Assembly (NCBI GenBank): GCA_000165345.1
Contig: CM000431.1
Span: 800,001 to 864,000, forward strand
Direction: 5' to 3'
Length of the DNA stretch: 64,000 nt
Part shown: positions 21,729 to 39,400 of the stretch, one piece after another
Numbering within the stretch: the stretch's first letter is position 1
Layout: each line of letters begins with the position of its first letter
Made by a program: the position numbers and the translations under genes
Notes under the pieces: model-generated
What the model was told of the DNA's origin: nothing
Databases searched by the model: none
Seen by the model: the letters and a program-made list of their open reading frames with translations, nothing else

Positions 21729-24620
21729 ATGAACGACGCAGAGGAAGATTGGCAAGATCCGCTTTTGGATGTGAGCATTCCATATAATTCGCTTGCACCC
21801 TATGCACTGACTTGCTATCAACTTGATGAAGATCTTCAGGATTTAATATCATTTTTTTCAACTTTGAGCAAGGAAGATTTAGCTCATCATATAAACGAAA
21901 CGTCTTTTGAGTCCAGCTTACGTTTATTGAAGGATGTTCTACTCGTTCAACCAAACAAATTAGTCAGTTCTAATGGGAATGCACTCGCATATGAATTACT
22001 TGAAAGCAAGGAAGACCTTCAGAGAGACTTCAGTTCTTCAAGTGCTGATATTCTTACAAAGTTTCAAAAGAATGATTCAGCTGGAACTGACCTTTCAATA
22101 TTGGATTCTCCTAATGGTATTATTAGAGTGGCAAATGAAACCAAAGTTAGAACAGATATAGTGGGTGGCGACCCGACTTTAAATAATTCTCAATTTCTTG
22201 AGGGATCTATTCAAGCTTCTAATTCTTCATACAGAATTGTGAGTAATGGTGAAGAAAATAAATTTGTAGATCAATCCAAAATGCTAATGGCATTTTTCAA
22301 GGAGTTGGAGGCTGCCAAACTTTTTGAGAATTTGGAATCATTTTCTGGAATATTAGCAGCACATTCTATTCACTTGAAAATTCTTCAAGATGTTGTTACT
22401 GACATCTTCAGAGTAGAAGAGCTTAGATTAAGACTTTGTTCACAGCTTGCAGCCTTATTAAACCCCATTATTTTATCAAGATTGGAATCTTACAATAATT
22501 CACTATTCTTCACTGCATTTACAATTCCTTCAAACGAAGGCTCATCCATTGATTTAAGAGAAAGTCATTGCTCATTACCTAATCCAATCATTTATAAATG
22601 GCCTTCAAACTCTGTTTGCATTGAAGATTATAAACTGTATATGTCAAGGCTTCCTCTTTTATGTTTTTCTGAAGTATTTAAATTGGGTTCATGTATCAGT
22701 CAATCGTTAAAAGTTCATGATAATTATCAAAAAACAATAGAAACTGATGCTGAGCAGACTGTAGATTTCTCTGAAATCTATCCAGATGAATGCTCTATAA
22801 GAATAAAATCCTTAGACTCGATTTATAATCAAAGAAATGGCTCTCAGATAGACCATCCCTTGTTTCATGTAGATTATGGTTCTAATAGCAACTTGGATGC
22901 TAATAGTAATTTTGTTCATCATCCTTTATGTACTGATATTGCTCAGGATTCCAAAGATATTGAAAGAGACGTTATATTTGTTAATGGCAAGGAGTATAGC
23001 GGAGCTAATGGCGGCTACGAGAGAATTGTTTATATTGTTGCAAACCTGATTGAAAACTATTGGCTGAAATCTTCCAATGGATTTGAGGACTCTAATTTAA
23101 ATACTGAGACTAAAGAAGGTACCCTACAAGGCAGCAGTAAGACTGTTGAACTTTGCAGCGGATCAATCTTCAACTTAGTTAACAATGATCCAAACGAAAA
23201 TTATGATGAGAGAAACACTGAATCTGTCGTAATTGCAACAATACTACTTCATGTATTGAGTAGAACATTTTCAGGCGGTGCATGCTTTGACAAAGTCTCC
23301 CTTGTATATAATAAGCCAGACTGTATTGTGATTTCTCCAAATAGTAAGCGAGCAAGACCACTAGAGATGCTTATACTCCCAAATGTTGCTCTAATGCTTT
23401 CGACATTGAGGTTTAGACTATATGAAGTTATGGAGAATTTAACTGTAAATACGCAACCCTGCTTTCTGGTTGATACACATGTGGTGTCTAGACTTGTTCC
23501 TGACTCTGGGTTGATTGAATTGCTTCCATTTTATTCCTTTCACATTCTATCAAGAACTCCAGTAAGTAAGATCCCATCATCCATATACCAACACCTATTA
23601 AGGTGCGCAAATTTATTTCTTGCTAAGAATATTCTCTTTACAAGAGTCAAAATCGCAAAGAAAGTGGAAGCAGGTACGCAATCGGTGCCTCCAGTAGAGA
23701 TAGAATGCGAAAAACTACAACTAAATGTTGATCAACCATCTGAAGTTCGTGAAGAACCGTGCGGAAAATGTAACACGGCTCAAAATGATTCAAAGGAAAG
23801 TGATCAAAATGTTGCAGAGGCTTTTATTTCCAATAGTAAATGCCTAGACACTGATAAGATCATTGAAGTCACTGGAGACGACTTAACAATAATAACCCCA
23901 GGCGAAGCAGCTTTATTTAGAATGTTCACAAATATACAAGACAAGGAAGCTATACATAACAGCAGTATAGAAAACATTAACTTGAGTAACTCTGAAGTCT
24001 CCACTAATAAAGAGGCTGCGGAAGATAGAGATCGCTATGATTGTGATTCTAATGAATCTATTAAAGAAGAAATAAGGGATAGTGATCCTAGAATATCCAA
24101 TTCGGAATCAAAACCTCAACATACAGTTGTAGAACAAGATTTCCCGATGACGGTAGTGCCTGATAGATCTGTTCAAATTCACGCCTCAGTAAATTCCCAC
24201 CTTGAAGAACAAGAAGGTAATTCTTATTCAAATTACAACACTTTCAGAACTCAACAACAAAGCAATTCAGGAGAAAATCAAATTTCTGATAACACTAAGA
24301 ATTCTTCGTACTCTGATTATATCTCAACAGAAAGCAAAGAAAATAGTGAGAAAAGCTGTATTAGTTTTGGCCTGCAATCCGGTAAAAACATTCCTAAACT
24401 GTATCTTTGCCATAATGTTGAAATTCCAGATTCATGTTCTTTGACATCAAACATTTATATTGCATCGTCTGAAAATTCGTCTAATCTTGCAAATGACTTA
24501 TGTAACTTGCCAGCTGATTCAATTGGAGCCATTGACCAAGAAAATCAACAGCTTGCACTTTTCTTACAATCCAAGAGAGTTATTTCTCAATTTGGAATAT
24601 TTAACATTATTAATACTTGA
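21729..24620 (+). CDS. Hypothetical protein (963 aa)
   Basis: Long ORF with an S/N-rich C-terminal third. I recognise no domain. Confidence 0.5.
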   Translation: MNDAEEDWQDPLLDVSIPYNSLAPYALTCYQLDEDLQDLISFFSTLSKEDLAHHINETSFESSLRLLKDVLLVQPNKLVSSNGNALAYELLESKEDLQRDFSSSSADILTKFQKNDSAGTDLSILDSPNGIIRVANETKVRTDIVGGDPTLNNSQFLEGSIQASNSSYRIVSNGEENKFVDQSKMLMAFFKELEAAKLFENLESFSGILAAHSIHLKILQDVVTDIFRVEELRLRLCSQLAALLNPIILSRLESYNNSLFFTAFTIPSNEGSSIDLRESHCSLPNPIIYKWPSNSVCIEDYKLYMSRLPLLCFSEVFKLGSCISQSLKVHDNYQKTIETDAEQTVDFSEIYPDECSIRIKSLDSIYNQRNGSQIDHPLFHVDYGSNSNLDANSNFVHHPLCTDIAQDSKDIERDVIFVNGKEYSGANGGYERIVYIVANLIENYWLKSSNGFEDSNLNTETKEGTLQGSSKTVELCSGSIFNLVNNDPNENYDERNTESVVIATILLHVLSRTFSGGACFDKVSLVYNKPDCIVISPNSKRARPLEMLILPNVALMLSTLRFRLYEVMENLTVNTQPCFLVDTHVVSRLVPDSGLIELLPFYSFHILSRTPVSKIPSSIYQHLLRCANLFLAKNILFTRVKIAKKVEAGTQSVPPVEIECEKLQLNVDQPSEVREEPCGKCNTAQNDSKESDQNVAEAFISNSKCLDTDKIIEVTGDDLTIITPGEAALFRMFTNIQDKEAIHNSSIENINLSNSEVSTNKEAAEDRDRYDCDSNESIKEEIRDSDPRISNSESKPQHTVVEQDFPMTVVPDRSVQIHASVNSHLEEQEGNSYSNYNTFRTQQQSNSGENQISDNTKNSSYSDYISTESKENSEKSCISFGLQSGKNIPKLYLCHNVEIPDSCSLTSNIYIASSENSSNLANDLCNLPADSIGAIDQENQQLALFLQSKRVISQFGIFNIINT

Positions 24621-25644
24621 CAAGTCAGCCAATACCTTTTTTACTTATTACCTTTTCATTAATGTGTTGTTCATTTAATCCAACTTATGATTGTGTAAAA
24701 CTTATTGCCGTGATTTTTATTGAATTTCAGGATCATTGGTGATTAATTTTAATACACTGATAATAATATATAAAAATTACACTTAGTATTCTATAATAAG
24801 CGTTCTTTTTATTTTGTACAAATTTCATTCCTAAAATTAAAAATCCATCAACTATGATTATGTTATTTTCTTTAGCATGGCAACTTTCGTTTATTCCAAA
24901 GCTATTAATTCTATAATCTTAAGTAGAGCTAGACTTTAAATCTATATAACTCTAAAACTTGCTTCAGGTGAAGATAGTGAGTTGAAACCTGTAACTTCAA
25001 CAGTCCATAACAAATTAATTAGTGATTATAACTTATTGCAGAGTTATTAATCGATTGAAGAGAATTCATTCTAAGCCTCTAATTTCGTTTTCTTTCCTCC
25101 TTCCAAATGTTACCCAAATGAATTAATATTCAACGAATGAGAAGTACATGTTTAAGTTTTTAATAGTAAAACACGTCACAACTCAATATTTAGAAACAAA
25201 CACACCAGAGAAAACCTGAACATGAAGATAAAACAATTAGTTTTAAACATTACTATCACGAAACACTTTTTTACAAAAAAAAATCGTCAATTTCGACGTT
25301 AGTCCGCAGGTGAAACAAAATTCGAGGTGGAGGCCTTTCTAATTATTTGTAAAGCGACATAATTCACTCCAGAATGAAAAACAAAAATTTAAGTATCAAA
25401 TAATTAAATCAAAAAGATGCCATCCAAACCAGTTTCTCTCTGGAAGAATGAAAGGTTATTTCTTAATACCCATCTGAATCCCAAATCAATGACTAATTAT
25501 AGAACTGTGTTAAAATAGCATAAAATAATTTCCCGAATCCCCTTGAGCTAGTTCAAATGCATGCAAGGGAGTACAATTTATTAATTTATAGTTAGAAACA
25601 GCCAAATTAAGACTGTTAACCATAATTCTTCAAAGTTCCAAAAA

Positions 25645-25698
<54 letters not shown>

Positions 25699-25969
25699 TT
25701 ACATTATGAAAGGAATCGTTATAATCATGAAAAATAGTAATAATATAGTATTAAAATAACCCAAAATTACTAGTCAATAATCAATTATTAAATCATTCCA
25801 TTAAGCTTAACGAATTGGGTAATTCTGTACAAATGTAAATAATGAGCTGTATATTTATCCATCGTAATTGTCTTTAACAAAATAAATTCGTAAATGCTCC
25901 TTTTTATTAAATACGGATAACGCTTGTTGAATAATAATTATTATCAATGCTAAATACAAACGAAAGGAA

Positions 25970-30307
<4,338 letters not shown>

Positions 30308-31375
30308 TAGCCAATAGGATTAACTCCTATAAACGAAAAAGATCGAGATAATAAAGTCTATGTATTAACTCGTAAATACACCGATAATATTACGTTGCAA
30401 ATTGGAGTTATAGATTCGGAATCTAAAATGCCTCTAATTAGCAAACTAGAAAAATCCCTAAAATTAATTAGAAACTTTCCAATTAATAAGCTCTCAAATA
30501 TTCAGCTTATAAATTCTAAGTGCATAAAGATTCATACAGTATACGAGTCCTTATATTTTTTTACGCTTAAATTTTCATTTGAAAATAATTCTCTGTTCCA
30601 AACTCTTTAAATATTTGTATCTAAACAATCATGCTCCTGTTTAGTAAAATGAAAAAGATTCCAAACTTATATTTGATATGAAGATCTTGAGCCTCAACTT
30701 ATTTCGATTGTATCAAATACAAAATAAACAAAGTTCAGTTCAAACCTCCTGATCAACATAACCCAATAAATTCTTTATTTTAGAAACTTATTAATTTTAT
30801 TTCATTTCTAGGTTAATAGTCAGTTCGTACAGTCAATCTATTTCTTGCCACTATCTGACAATATTAATTTTTGTATTTAACTAATAATTTATTAATAAAT
30901 CTATCTATACGTCACGTTTTACGGTACCGCTGAATGTCTTAAACTTAATCTACATTTCTAACTGTTTAGATTGACTCAAAAGTAAATTCTGTCTTATTTC
31001 CACGCATTTCGCGTCTACTACTATTGGGCTGCTAGACACAAAACTGGGCGGGTGTCCCTTCTACCTATTTAAATTTAAAAGAGATAAGCATTAAAAAAAT
31101 AAAGTATTCATTGGAGTTCTATTCCAGATCTACTCACTTCGATATGTGTCTAACTATTAGTAAATTAAAATATATTTATTTCTATATTTACCTGAATTGG
31201 TTCGGTCCACTATGCTCACCGAAAAAAAGGAACTCTGGCGCTACTTTGAAACTGAATATTTAAAAAACAAAAATTTAGACAACTTAAAAGCTTCTCACTA
31301 AAATCTAGATGAGGAGAGGAGACTTTGACTTGTATCTCTCGTTTAGTTTGGATAGTTCATCTTAAGTAGCAGCTC

Positions 31376-32902
31376 CTACTGAATTGAACATGCACTTGTA
31401 GGATTCCATGAACACTCTCTGCAGCTAAAGAAACTTTTTTCGTAGCTTTCTGCACTGTCTACAGAGATTGTATCATCCATTGTCCTTGATCTAGTAGATC
31501 TCTTGAATCCAGTACCATTATCTTTTATTGTAATGATAACCATGTTGTTTGAAAGGCGACTTGTTGATTTAGATGGGTTGAAAGGCGAAATGTTAGAGTT
31601 ACTTAGTTTCTCTAGCTTGTTATTGAACTGAGTTCTGGAGTCAAAGTCAGAATCATTGAAAGAGAATCCCAGACTCGCTGCTTCCCCGTTTAAGACTCTC
31701 TGTAGGTCTTCCACTAGAGGTGTTACTGTTATTGACCTTCTTAGCTGGTTCCCGACACGAATAAACCTTAAAATTTTGGGCTCAGTAAATCTACCGGAAA
31801 TCCTTTCAAAAGAAATAGTTTCAGAAGCACCTCCAACCTCTGAATCTTTGTTTTCTGAGTATTCACCACCAGCGCAAACTTTTACGGTCCTGGAAAAGTC
31901 TGAAACTGTATTCCTGCAATTTGTCTTGGCTTCGTACACTGTTGTATCATTGCTGTGAGCAAATTGACCAGCTGTACCAGATACTGTTGTGGAAAGCACG
32001 CTTGAATTTAAGGCATCATTAGAACTCGTCAGTTCGCCATTCTTATACTTTAGAGACTGGTGTGTATAGTAAACATCTGAGAAAGGAATATGTTCAGATT
32101 CTTGATTATTGCCGTTCTCCGACGTATTACTTATAGATGAGGTATATTTTGCATTATCTCTTGCCCACATTCTTAATCTCTCTTGTTGCAAAACTGCCAC
32201 ATTTAGTTGGCTTAAGTAATTATCTTCAGTGTCCCTCTCGTAAATTCTGCGGCTTGTGTTTCCTTCATCATCAAACCTACCAGGTTCTTGTTTATTTTCG
32301 ACCTTAGCATAGCCTCCATCTTCCAAGATGTCAGCGTCTTGAATATCTTCAATATTGCTACTCAAACTTTCCACTCTTTTATTAATTTCACTTAGTTTCG
32401 CGTTCATCTGGGCAAAGTCGTGCGATAACCCACAATTGTTCTTTTCTCTATTTTCACTACTAGTTGGTGAGGCAGACTTAGATCTACAGTTCTCTGACTT
32501 TTGGAGGCAGTAATCACCAGCATCCTGGCCATTAGACACTGTTTTCTTATTCGGAAAGTTAAATTCGCTTATAGTATCGGAATCTTTGTTTTTTAGGCGT
32601 CCTGCAAGCCTCTTAATTATATCAATACTCGGAATATTCTTTCTTGCACTAGTTAAAGCTGAAAATGTTTCCGAGTCTGTGATCGAATTTGAATCAACAT
32701 TGATACTATCTTCTGTGATTGCTAATTTTGAGTCAGAAATATTGTTATTCTTCAGAGCAACTCCTTCTAGATTTGAAAAATCGTTGCTAGTTTTTATCAA
32801 TAATTGGTCAACCAGCCTAGTTGCCTTCCTCATAATTTCACTAGAGGACGGTGAAAAGGTTTTCTCAGATATTGTTGTTTCGATCATGATTACTAGGTTC
32901 AA
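31376..32902 (-). CDS. Hypothetical S/N-rich protein (508 aa)
   Basis: Long ORF. I recognise no domain. Confidence 0.45.
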   Translation of the reverse strand: MNLVIMIETTISEKTFSPSSSEIMRKATRLVDQLLIKTSNDFSNLEGVALKNNNISDSKLAITEDSINVDSNSITDSETFSALTSARKNIPSIDIIKRLAGRLKNKDSDTISEFNFPNKKTVSNGQDAGDYCLQKSENCRSKSASPTSSENREKNNCGLSHDFAQMNAKLSEINKRVESLSSNIEDIQDADILEDGGYAKVENKQEPGRFDDEGNTSRRIYERDTEDNYLSQLNVAVLQQERLRMWARDNAKYTSSISNTSENGNNQESEHIPFSDVYYTHQSLKYKNGELTSSNDALNSSVLSTTVSGTAGQFAHSNDTTVYEAKTNCRNTVSDFSRTVKVCAGGEYSENKDSEVGGASETISFERISGRFTEPKILRFIRVGNQLRRSITVTPLVEDLQRVLNGEAASLGFSFNDSDFDSRTQFNNKLEKLSNSNISPFNPSKSTSRLSNNMVIITIKDNGTGFKRSTRSRTMDDTISVDSAESYEKSFFSCRECSWNPTSACSIQ

Positions 32903-33445
32903 TAAAACTATTTATCCGTCAATATTTGTGATAAGTTATACACAAATCCTATCATTAGTAAGCTATCTCAAAAAGTTATTAACCTGATTCTGACTTTTCA
33001 TATAAGATATTCAAATGAATTCTTTTCCACTTTGATATAAAGTCGGTTATTCTTCCTTCAAAAATCAATGTGAACAACAAATATACATATATATATATTT
33101 ATTTATATGTTTATTTAAACCAATAAAAATTTTAGAGAATTTACCTTAGATTTTTTAAAGGATGAACGATATTCAAAAAAAATTTCTCTTCCTATTTCCC
33201 CTCTAAACTCACACAAATAAATAGATTGTCTTGTGTCATGTCTCAGGCGGGAGACACCGGTACCTTAATATTAAAGAAAACAAAAAAAAAGCGATAATAT
33301 AAATTAGGGTCAAAAATTGATTTTTAGTAAATTGGTAAAGGGTTGATTCAACAATATTGAGATAGTAAGGATTTCGATATTGGTCCAAAATAAATATTTA
33401 GTTAATACTTTTTTAGATTTTCAGAAACGTATTTCTTAAGTTGAA

Positions 33446-35101
33446 ATGGACCATAATCTTGAATTGGGGAACTACTCCGATTTTGATTTTCAAACCACTT
33501 CAAAATGGATAGCTAAACACTCAAAAGGCAAAGAAGGGCTAATTGTTGCATTGCAATTTTCTGTATCTGATATTAAATATGCCCCAAGAATTCAATATCT
33601 TATAGAAAAGCAAGTAAATTGTATAGTTTCAAAAGAAGATGGTTCTAAAGATCAATGTAATATTCGATTTTTTGTTTTATCTGATATTGTAAACCCAGCA
33701 TGTTGTCTGGATGTTTTAAATATCAAAAAGTCACATTCAGATTTAGTAATACACTTTGGTTACAGTTGCTATCATAATATTAGAAACTTCCGTCTACCTG
33801 TTTACTTTGTCCCATCCTCCTCTGACTATTTTTATGTTTCAGAATCTAATACGCTCTGCGATATTACAAGCTTTCTGTATAAACAGCTAAATAATAGGCT
33901 TCTTGAGGGGAATAATTCTTTGAAAAGGATGAATGTGATACTCTCATTCCAAGGAATATTAAAGAACAACTCTCAAACGACATTGTTGGATAAAATAAGA
34001 AGTTCTGAATTGAATAAAACTAGCAATGATGTAGAGATTTGCATATACCAACTTTCCCCTATAAATGTTACTGACTGTATTCAAGATCAACACTCGGAAT
34101 TTATTTGTGATTTACTTCTATCAAAATTGGGGCACGACAAAGAGTTAAAACTTGATGATTTGGAGAAGCGTTTTGAGAGGTCCAAAAATATGACTTCAAG
34201 TGAATCTGTAATTTTCTTCCACTTTATTTCTAAAGATGATAAATATTCTAATCTTCCTAATTCTTTTCTGGAAAGAATTTTCCTTAGATATAATCAATTA
34301 TTTGAAATTTTTTTGTGCCAAGTAAATGACTCAGATTCTAGCATAGAACTAAATCCAAATGCTTTGAATGAGTTGAGTTCTATAATATCTAAAAGATTTG
34401 TTGTTATTGAAAAGGCAAAGTCAATCCATTCTGAAAATCATGTCGCTTTTGTAATTACTCCTGGAATAACGCAATTAGAATGGAAACTTATTGAATTTTT
34501 TAAAAGGCATAATTACAGGATAAACGCAGATAATGGGAAAAAAATAAAGATTGAAACTCACATTATTTCTTTAACTGGAGTGAATGAAGTAAAATTAAGA
34601 AATTTCCCAGATATTGATATTTTCTGTTTTTTTGGTTGTTCTGAGTATTTTTTATCCCATATTATTAAAAATCTTAATTTAAAAACTCCAATTATTCTTA
34701 CACCCTTTGAATACCAGGTATTTCTTGGAATTACAGAATGGAGTACGCGTTATCTAAATACCCCAGACTTACAATCTCATGTCTTAAGTGACAATGATCT
34801 TTCTTTTCACTCTTCAATATCAGATTCTGAAGATTCTGAATTAGATCAAGATTTTTCAAAACTTTCAATTGAGGACTCAGAAATATTGAAAAATAACACA
34901 CTTTCCACGAAAACTGAATCTTATTCTTTGCAAAGTATCGACAAGAAAACTAAAAAGTTATTGGTATCATTAAACTCAATTAAAAATAAATATGGGCGTT
35001 CTTATTTTGGTCTAAATCCCTTGGAAAACACTGATCATATACCTAAAATTACTCAAGGAAGAGATGGAATCGCATCCATGTATAAAAATGAAATAATATA
35101 A
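33446..35101 (+). CDS. Diphthamide biosynthesis protein 2 (DPH1/DPH2 family, 2-(3-amino-3-carboxypropyl)histidine synthase subunit)
   Basis: The overall layout and several stretches (IVALQFSVSDIKYA..., GYSCYHN..., FVITPGITQLEWKLIEF..., DIFCFFGCSEY) look DPH1/2-like. My confidence is moderate. Confidence 0.55.
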   Translation: MDHNLELGNYSDFDFQTTSKWIAKHSKGKEGLIVALQFSVSDIKYAPRIQYLIEKQVNCIVSKEDGSKDQCNIRFFVLSDIVNPACCLDVLNIKKSHSDLVIHFGYSCYHNIRNFRLPVYFVPSSSDYFYVSESNTLCDITSFLYKQLNNRLLEGNNSLKRMNVILSFQGILKNNSQTTLLDKIRSSELNKTSNDVEICIYQLSPINVTDCIQDQHSEFICDLLLSKLGHDKELKLDDLEKRFERSKNMTSSESVIFFHFISKDDKYSNLPNSFLERIFLRYNQLFEIFLCQVNDSDSSIELNPNALNELSSIISKRFVVIEKAKSIHSENHVAFVITPGITQLEWKLIEFFKRHNYRINADNGKKIKIETHIISLTGVNEVKLRNFPDIDIFCFFGCSEYFLSHIIKNLNLKTPIILTPFEYQVFLGITEWSTRYLNTPDLQSHVLSDNDLSFHSSISDSEDSELDQDFSKLSIEDSEILKNNTLSTKTESYSLQSIDKKTKKLLVSLNSIKNKYGRSYFGLNPLENTDHIPKITQGRDGIASMYKNEII

Positions 35102-36477
35102 TTTTATCTAGAACTCAAAGCTATGGGAACAAGAAATGCAAAACAATCAACTGCTTAAAATCGGTGCGTGATTCATATATGATCAATTAGTCAAAATGAC
35201 TCAAACTTTATAGATTAACCGTTCACTATATTTAAACTAATCAGAAATTGGAAAAAACAAAATATATTACACCAACACTTGATTCCACTTACACAAGCCA
35301 AACTTTTTAACAGTTAGAGGAAAATACACTTCACAATTAAGGGTTATAAAGTTATTTTTCCATAAATAGAGAATTTAGAAAGTAATGCTAATAATATCGA
35401 GTAATAGATGATACACTACCCTATTTAAATAAAATACAACAATCTTTTTAATTATCTTCTCATCAAATTTCAAATTGAAACCTTGCCGCCGCCTGTGTGC
35501 GTTTTCTTACCCAATATACGGAAAATTACTTTCAGTATACTTTTTTTTCGGTAATATTGACAAAGCACTTCTTCTTTTGTACAGAACATCAGCACAGTAT
35601 TCTCGGCATTAATTCATTTTATCATTTGCATATATAACTGCTGTATGATTTATGCTTAATAAGTAATGCTATCTATTATCAACATATTAAGCTTTGTATT
35701 TAAGTATGGTTTATTGAATTGTACTTCTCATCTACTTTTCTCTATAATAGCACTCTTTTTCTTACTTGAATTCAGAATTCTGACTTCAAAACAAAGCCAA
35801 ATGATTGTTAAATAAAAAGAAGAAATAATAACAAAGACTGTTATTATTCATCTCTTTAATTAATATTGGTTGTTTTAAAGAGAAATAAGCAATAATTAGC
35901 GTTAACATTTAATTTCATTTTTTTCTTTTTTTGTCTTCATTCACTCTTATTATTTGTGTAATATTTATTATTTGAAGCATAGTATTTAGAATAATTAAGA
36001 TATCTCTTCCAACTTTTAAATTTTTTTCCCCACAGCTCTATACATACCTCTCTAAACAATCTCTACTTATCAAAAAAAAAGGTTAACTCCATATGATTTT
36101 CCAACCCTGAAAACCTTATAATATCACCAAATTATTAACAATGATTTCTTCCCTTTAATCATATTTCTTTTATCTTCTTAATTATATATTTTTGGGAAGG
36201 AAAATATATAATTTTGAAGAAAATTATATAAAAGATGCAATAATTTCCAAATTACATTTCAAGGGAAGTTTTAGTATTTAGTAAAGTATAGGGTGGGCAT
36301 GGGCTATCTGATATGGATAGAGATTTTGTCAATGAATACATCAGGAAAGAATAATAACATTAAATTCTTCAAAAAGCTTTGGCGTACGTAATGGGCGTGG
36401 TAAAAAAAATATATATATATATGAAAAGCTTAGAAATATATATATTCTATTTTGCTTCAACTTAAATATGCTTGCTT

Positions 36478-39400
36478 TTAAGATGTAGAGTATTTTGGAA
36501 TAACATGCAATGTAGCCTGTACTGAGAATGATTCTGGAATGTATTTACCGCTATTTGCAATATTCTCTTCATCCTTTGAAGTATCTGGTTGCTCCTCAAC
36601 CTTTGAAATTTGTGAAGATGTGAGTGAAGTTGCTGAGGCTAAACGTAAATCGGTTCTGTAAGTGACACTCAATTCTACCTCACTAGAAATCTGATAGATT
36701 GAAACTCCTGTTGTGAATATGGATGCAGCAGAAACCTTACATGCAATTAATCTGAATTGGTTATTAACATATGCAAGATTTACAACAATTTTCTTGTTGG
36801 TAGAACATACACAGCCTCCACTTAATGTACCAGTAGCATTAATCTTTCCTGGGACATTTTCCAAAGTGAAGCTAGAACCGTTTGTTTTTAATCTTAATTG
36901 CGGTTTTCCTGTTTGACCTGAGAATATTAAATCCTTACCACAAGTCATCTCAATACTCAAACTTTCATTGGGTGAAAATGGCATACCGGAAGATAAAATT
37001 GCATTCTTAGAAACTACAGTACCCATAGGATATAAATTGCTTGCGTTTAAATTTGGAGTGTACAATGTTCTTTTGAGACCATATACTATTGCTGCAGTGG
37101 TCTGACTTGAATCAATAAATACTTGACCAAATGTCTTAGCAGCATTGAAATGTTGGTTGTATGGTAGTTTACATAATAATGCAGACTTTCCTACTACGTA
37201 GCTGTGGAAATAGACATGCAAGTCGGATCCATCTACGAAGAATGTAATATAGTATTTACTACCAGGTTGGAATTCAGCTTCATCTGGTACTTGTGATGAA
37301 CAGCTTGAGAATGTTCCAGCTTCACCAGAATATAAAGAACTGAAGAATGAAATATATTTCCTGGCAATAACTAGTGTGTAAACAACTGATCCGTTGTATA
37401 ATAGTACAATTGAATGTAAGAAACCTGGGAAATTGGGGAAAGTCTTTGCTACCTCATCCTTAACATAATTTGGGTAACGTGATTTGAAAACAAGAGAAAA
37501 GTGATTTGGATGTAATGAAGTAGAGCATAAATTCTCAATTGAACTAGCTGGTAAATATACTCCTGGTGTAGAGAAATATCCATATGTTGGATTTTGTGCA
37601 TTGCACAAATTATAAGCTAGTACCATAGATGCTTTTGCTGTAGTAGATCCATATTTAATATATTGCCAAGGAGCTGGGTTACTACTATCTGTTTTGACAT
37701 ATTCTATAACAAAACCATCTAGCTGAGATACTAATACCTGATTAAAGTTATCCTTGTTTTCAAGTGCTAATAATACCTTCCACTGGCCATCCAAATGATA
37801 ACCAATAGCATTACCGACAAATTGAATAATAAATTCTTTAGAACCAAAGTTATACACGCTGTAAGTATCTGTTGAACGTTCAAATCTTGTAGTAAACTTG
37901 ATTGTAACACTTCCAGACCACAATGTAGATGTAGATGAAAATTCAAGTTGTGCTACAATAGTACCATCTTCTCTTTTGAAAGAGAGTGAAAATGTATTCT
38001 TTTGGAATGAATAAAATCTGATAAAGAACTTAGCATCATTGTTAACCGGCTTATTACCAGGCATGTAAACCTTCGAAGTGGTACATACACCATAAATGCT
38101 TAATGTGCAGCTGTTATCGCCAGATCTTGGAGCATAGAATTCCTTAGAAACTGGGAACCATGTATTAACATTGTTACTTAAAGAGTAACTGTATGGACTC
38201 TTTACTAATAATTCAGGGACAATAGAGTTAATTGGCTCATACTTAGTGAAGTCACGATTATATGCAGTTTCACCCCATGCTGAAATTACAGAAACAAGAT
38301 TTCTTCTCAACATGGCAAATTTACCTGAGCCATATGGATTTTCAATTAATAAATTAATTGCCGAATCTTTGAACCCAATACCAATTCTATATTTAGATCC
38401 TTCTTCTAAATTCACGCTCGAGGGGATTGGGGCACCAACATGGCCATTATTTCTAGTAATGGCAAGGGGATTATGGATTGATAGACCCAATTGATCTTCT
38501 GTAATAAAGAATTGAAGTATAGTACGTCCATTACTTGCCTTTAAATTGAAAACTTGAATAGCATTTTCAATTGGAATACCAATATTAAAGGCTTGTTCGA
38601 GATTAGAAGATGGCTTTTCAACAGTACCTGTAATCATAATAGAGTAACCATTTGTTAAACGATTTGTACTCATATTAATCAAGGAAGAACAATTGTCGAG
38701 ACTGGTTGAAACAGACTTTCTTGCATCACATGGAGAATGGAATGTTAAGTCATCGTCCTTTTTAATATTATCGGAATTGGTAGAGTATTTTTCACTGGTG
38801 TATTCCAAGGCAACAGAACCACCACCAAATACTGGAAATGTTGCAACCCGGACACTGTTTCCAGACATATTTTTATGGAAGATAAATTTAAGCTTCTTAT
38901 TTAAAGATGTAGATGGAACACTTCCGAGTAAGAGACCGCAAATGGAAGCATATATTTTAGATTGATCTGATGAAAGAAGGACAGAAAGACCTTCATGCAA
39001 GATTCTTTCCATACAACTTGGAGGGATCTTTGCATAAATAATATCTTGTGTATTAACATTTCTCATGCTAAATTTACCAGTTGAAATAACCGTAAAGGCA
39101 AATTGATCAGAGTTGTTATCTGATGACTTCACATAGAAAGTGAATGGGAATATGACTGATGAAGACTTGACTGTCAAGTAAGTGCCCTTGACAAAACCTG
39201 AGCCATCCATGTGAACAATCTGAGATGCATTACACTCTCCATTTGTTGCCAAATAACAGTTTGCAGCTTGTTGCTGTGTTCTAGAAGTCGAACTACCTCC
39301 ACTGATACCTTCATATCCTTCGGCAGGATAATCATTAGAAAGTGTGTATTTAGAACTTCCTGAATAGACATTATCCTTTACTGGCCTGAATCTGGTAATT

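Noticed and set aside
30890-31080. Locally GC-richer island (…ccacgcatttcgcgtctactactattgggctgctagacacaaaactgggcgggtgtccc…) considered as an snRNA or other ncRNA gene
   Set aside because: No match to U1, U2, U4, U5 or U6 conserved boxes that I can recognise by eye. It is more likely promoter elements (GGCGGG) for the SBP2-like gene. Covariance-model search would be needed.
35150-35240. Possible C/D-box snoRNA-like segment (…atatgatca…atgactca…)
   Set aside because: C box (RUGAUGA) and D box (CUGA) are not both present in the correct arrangement. Chance resemblance in AT-rich DNA.
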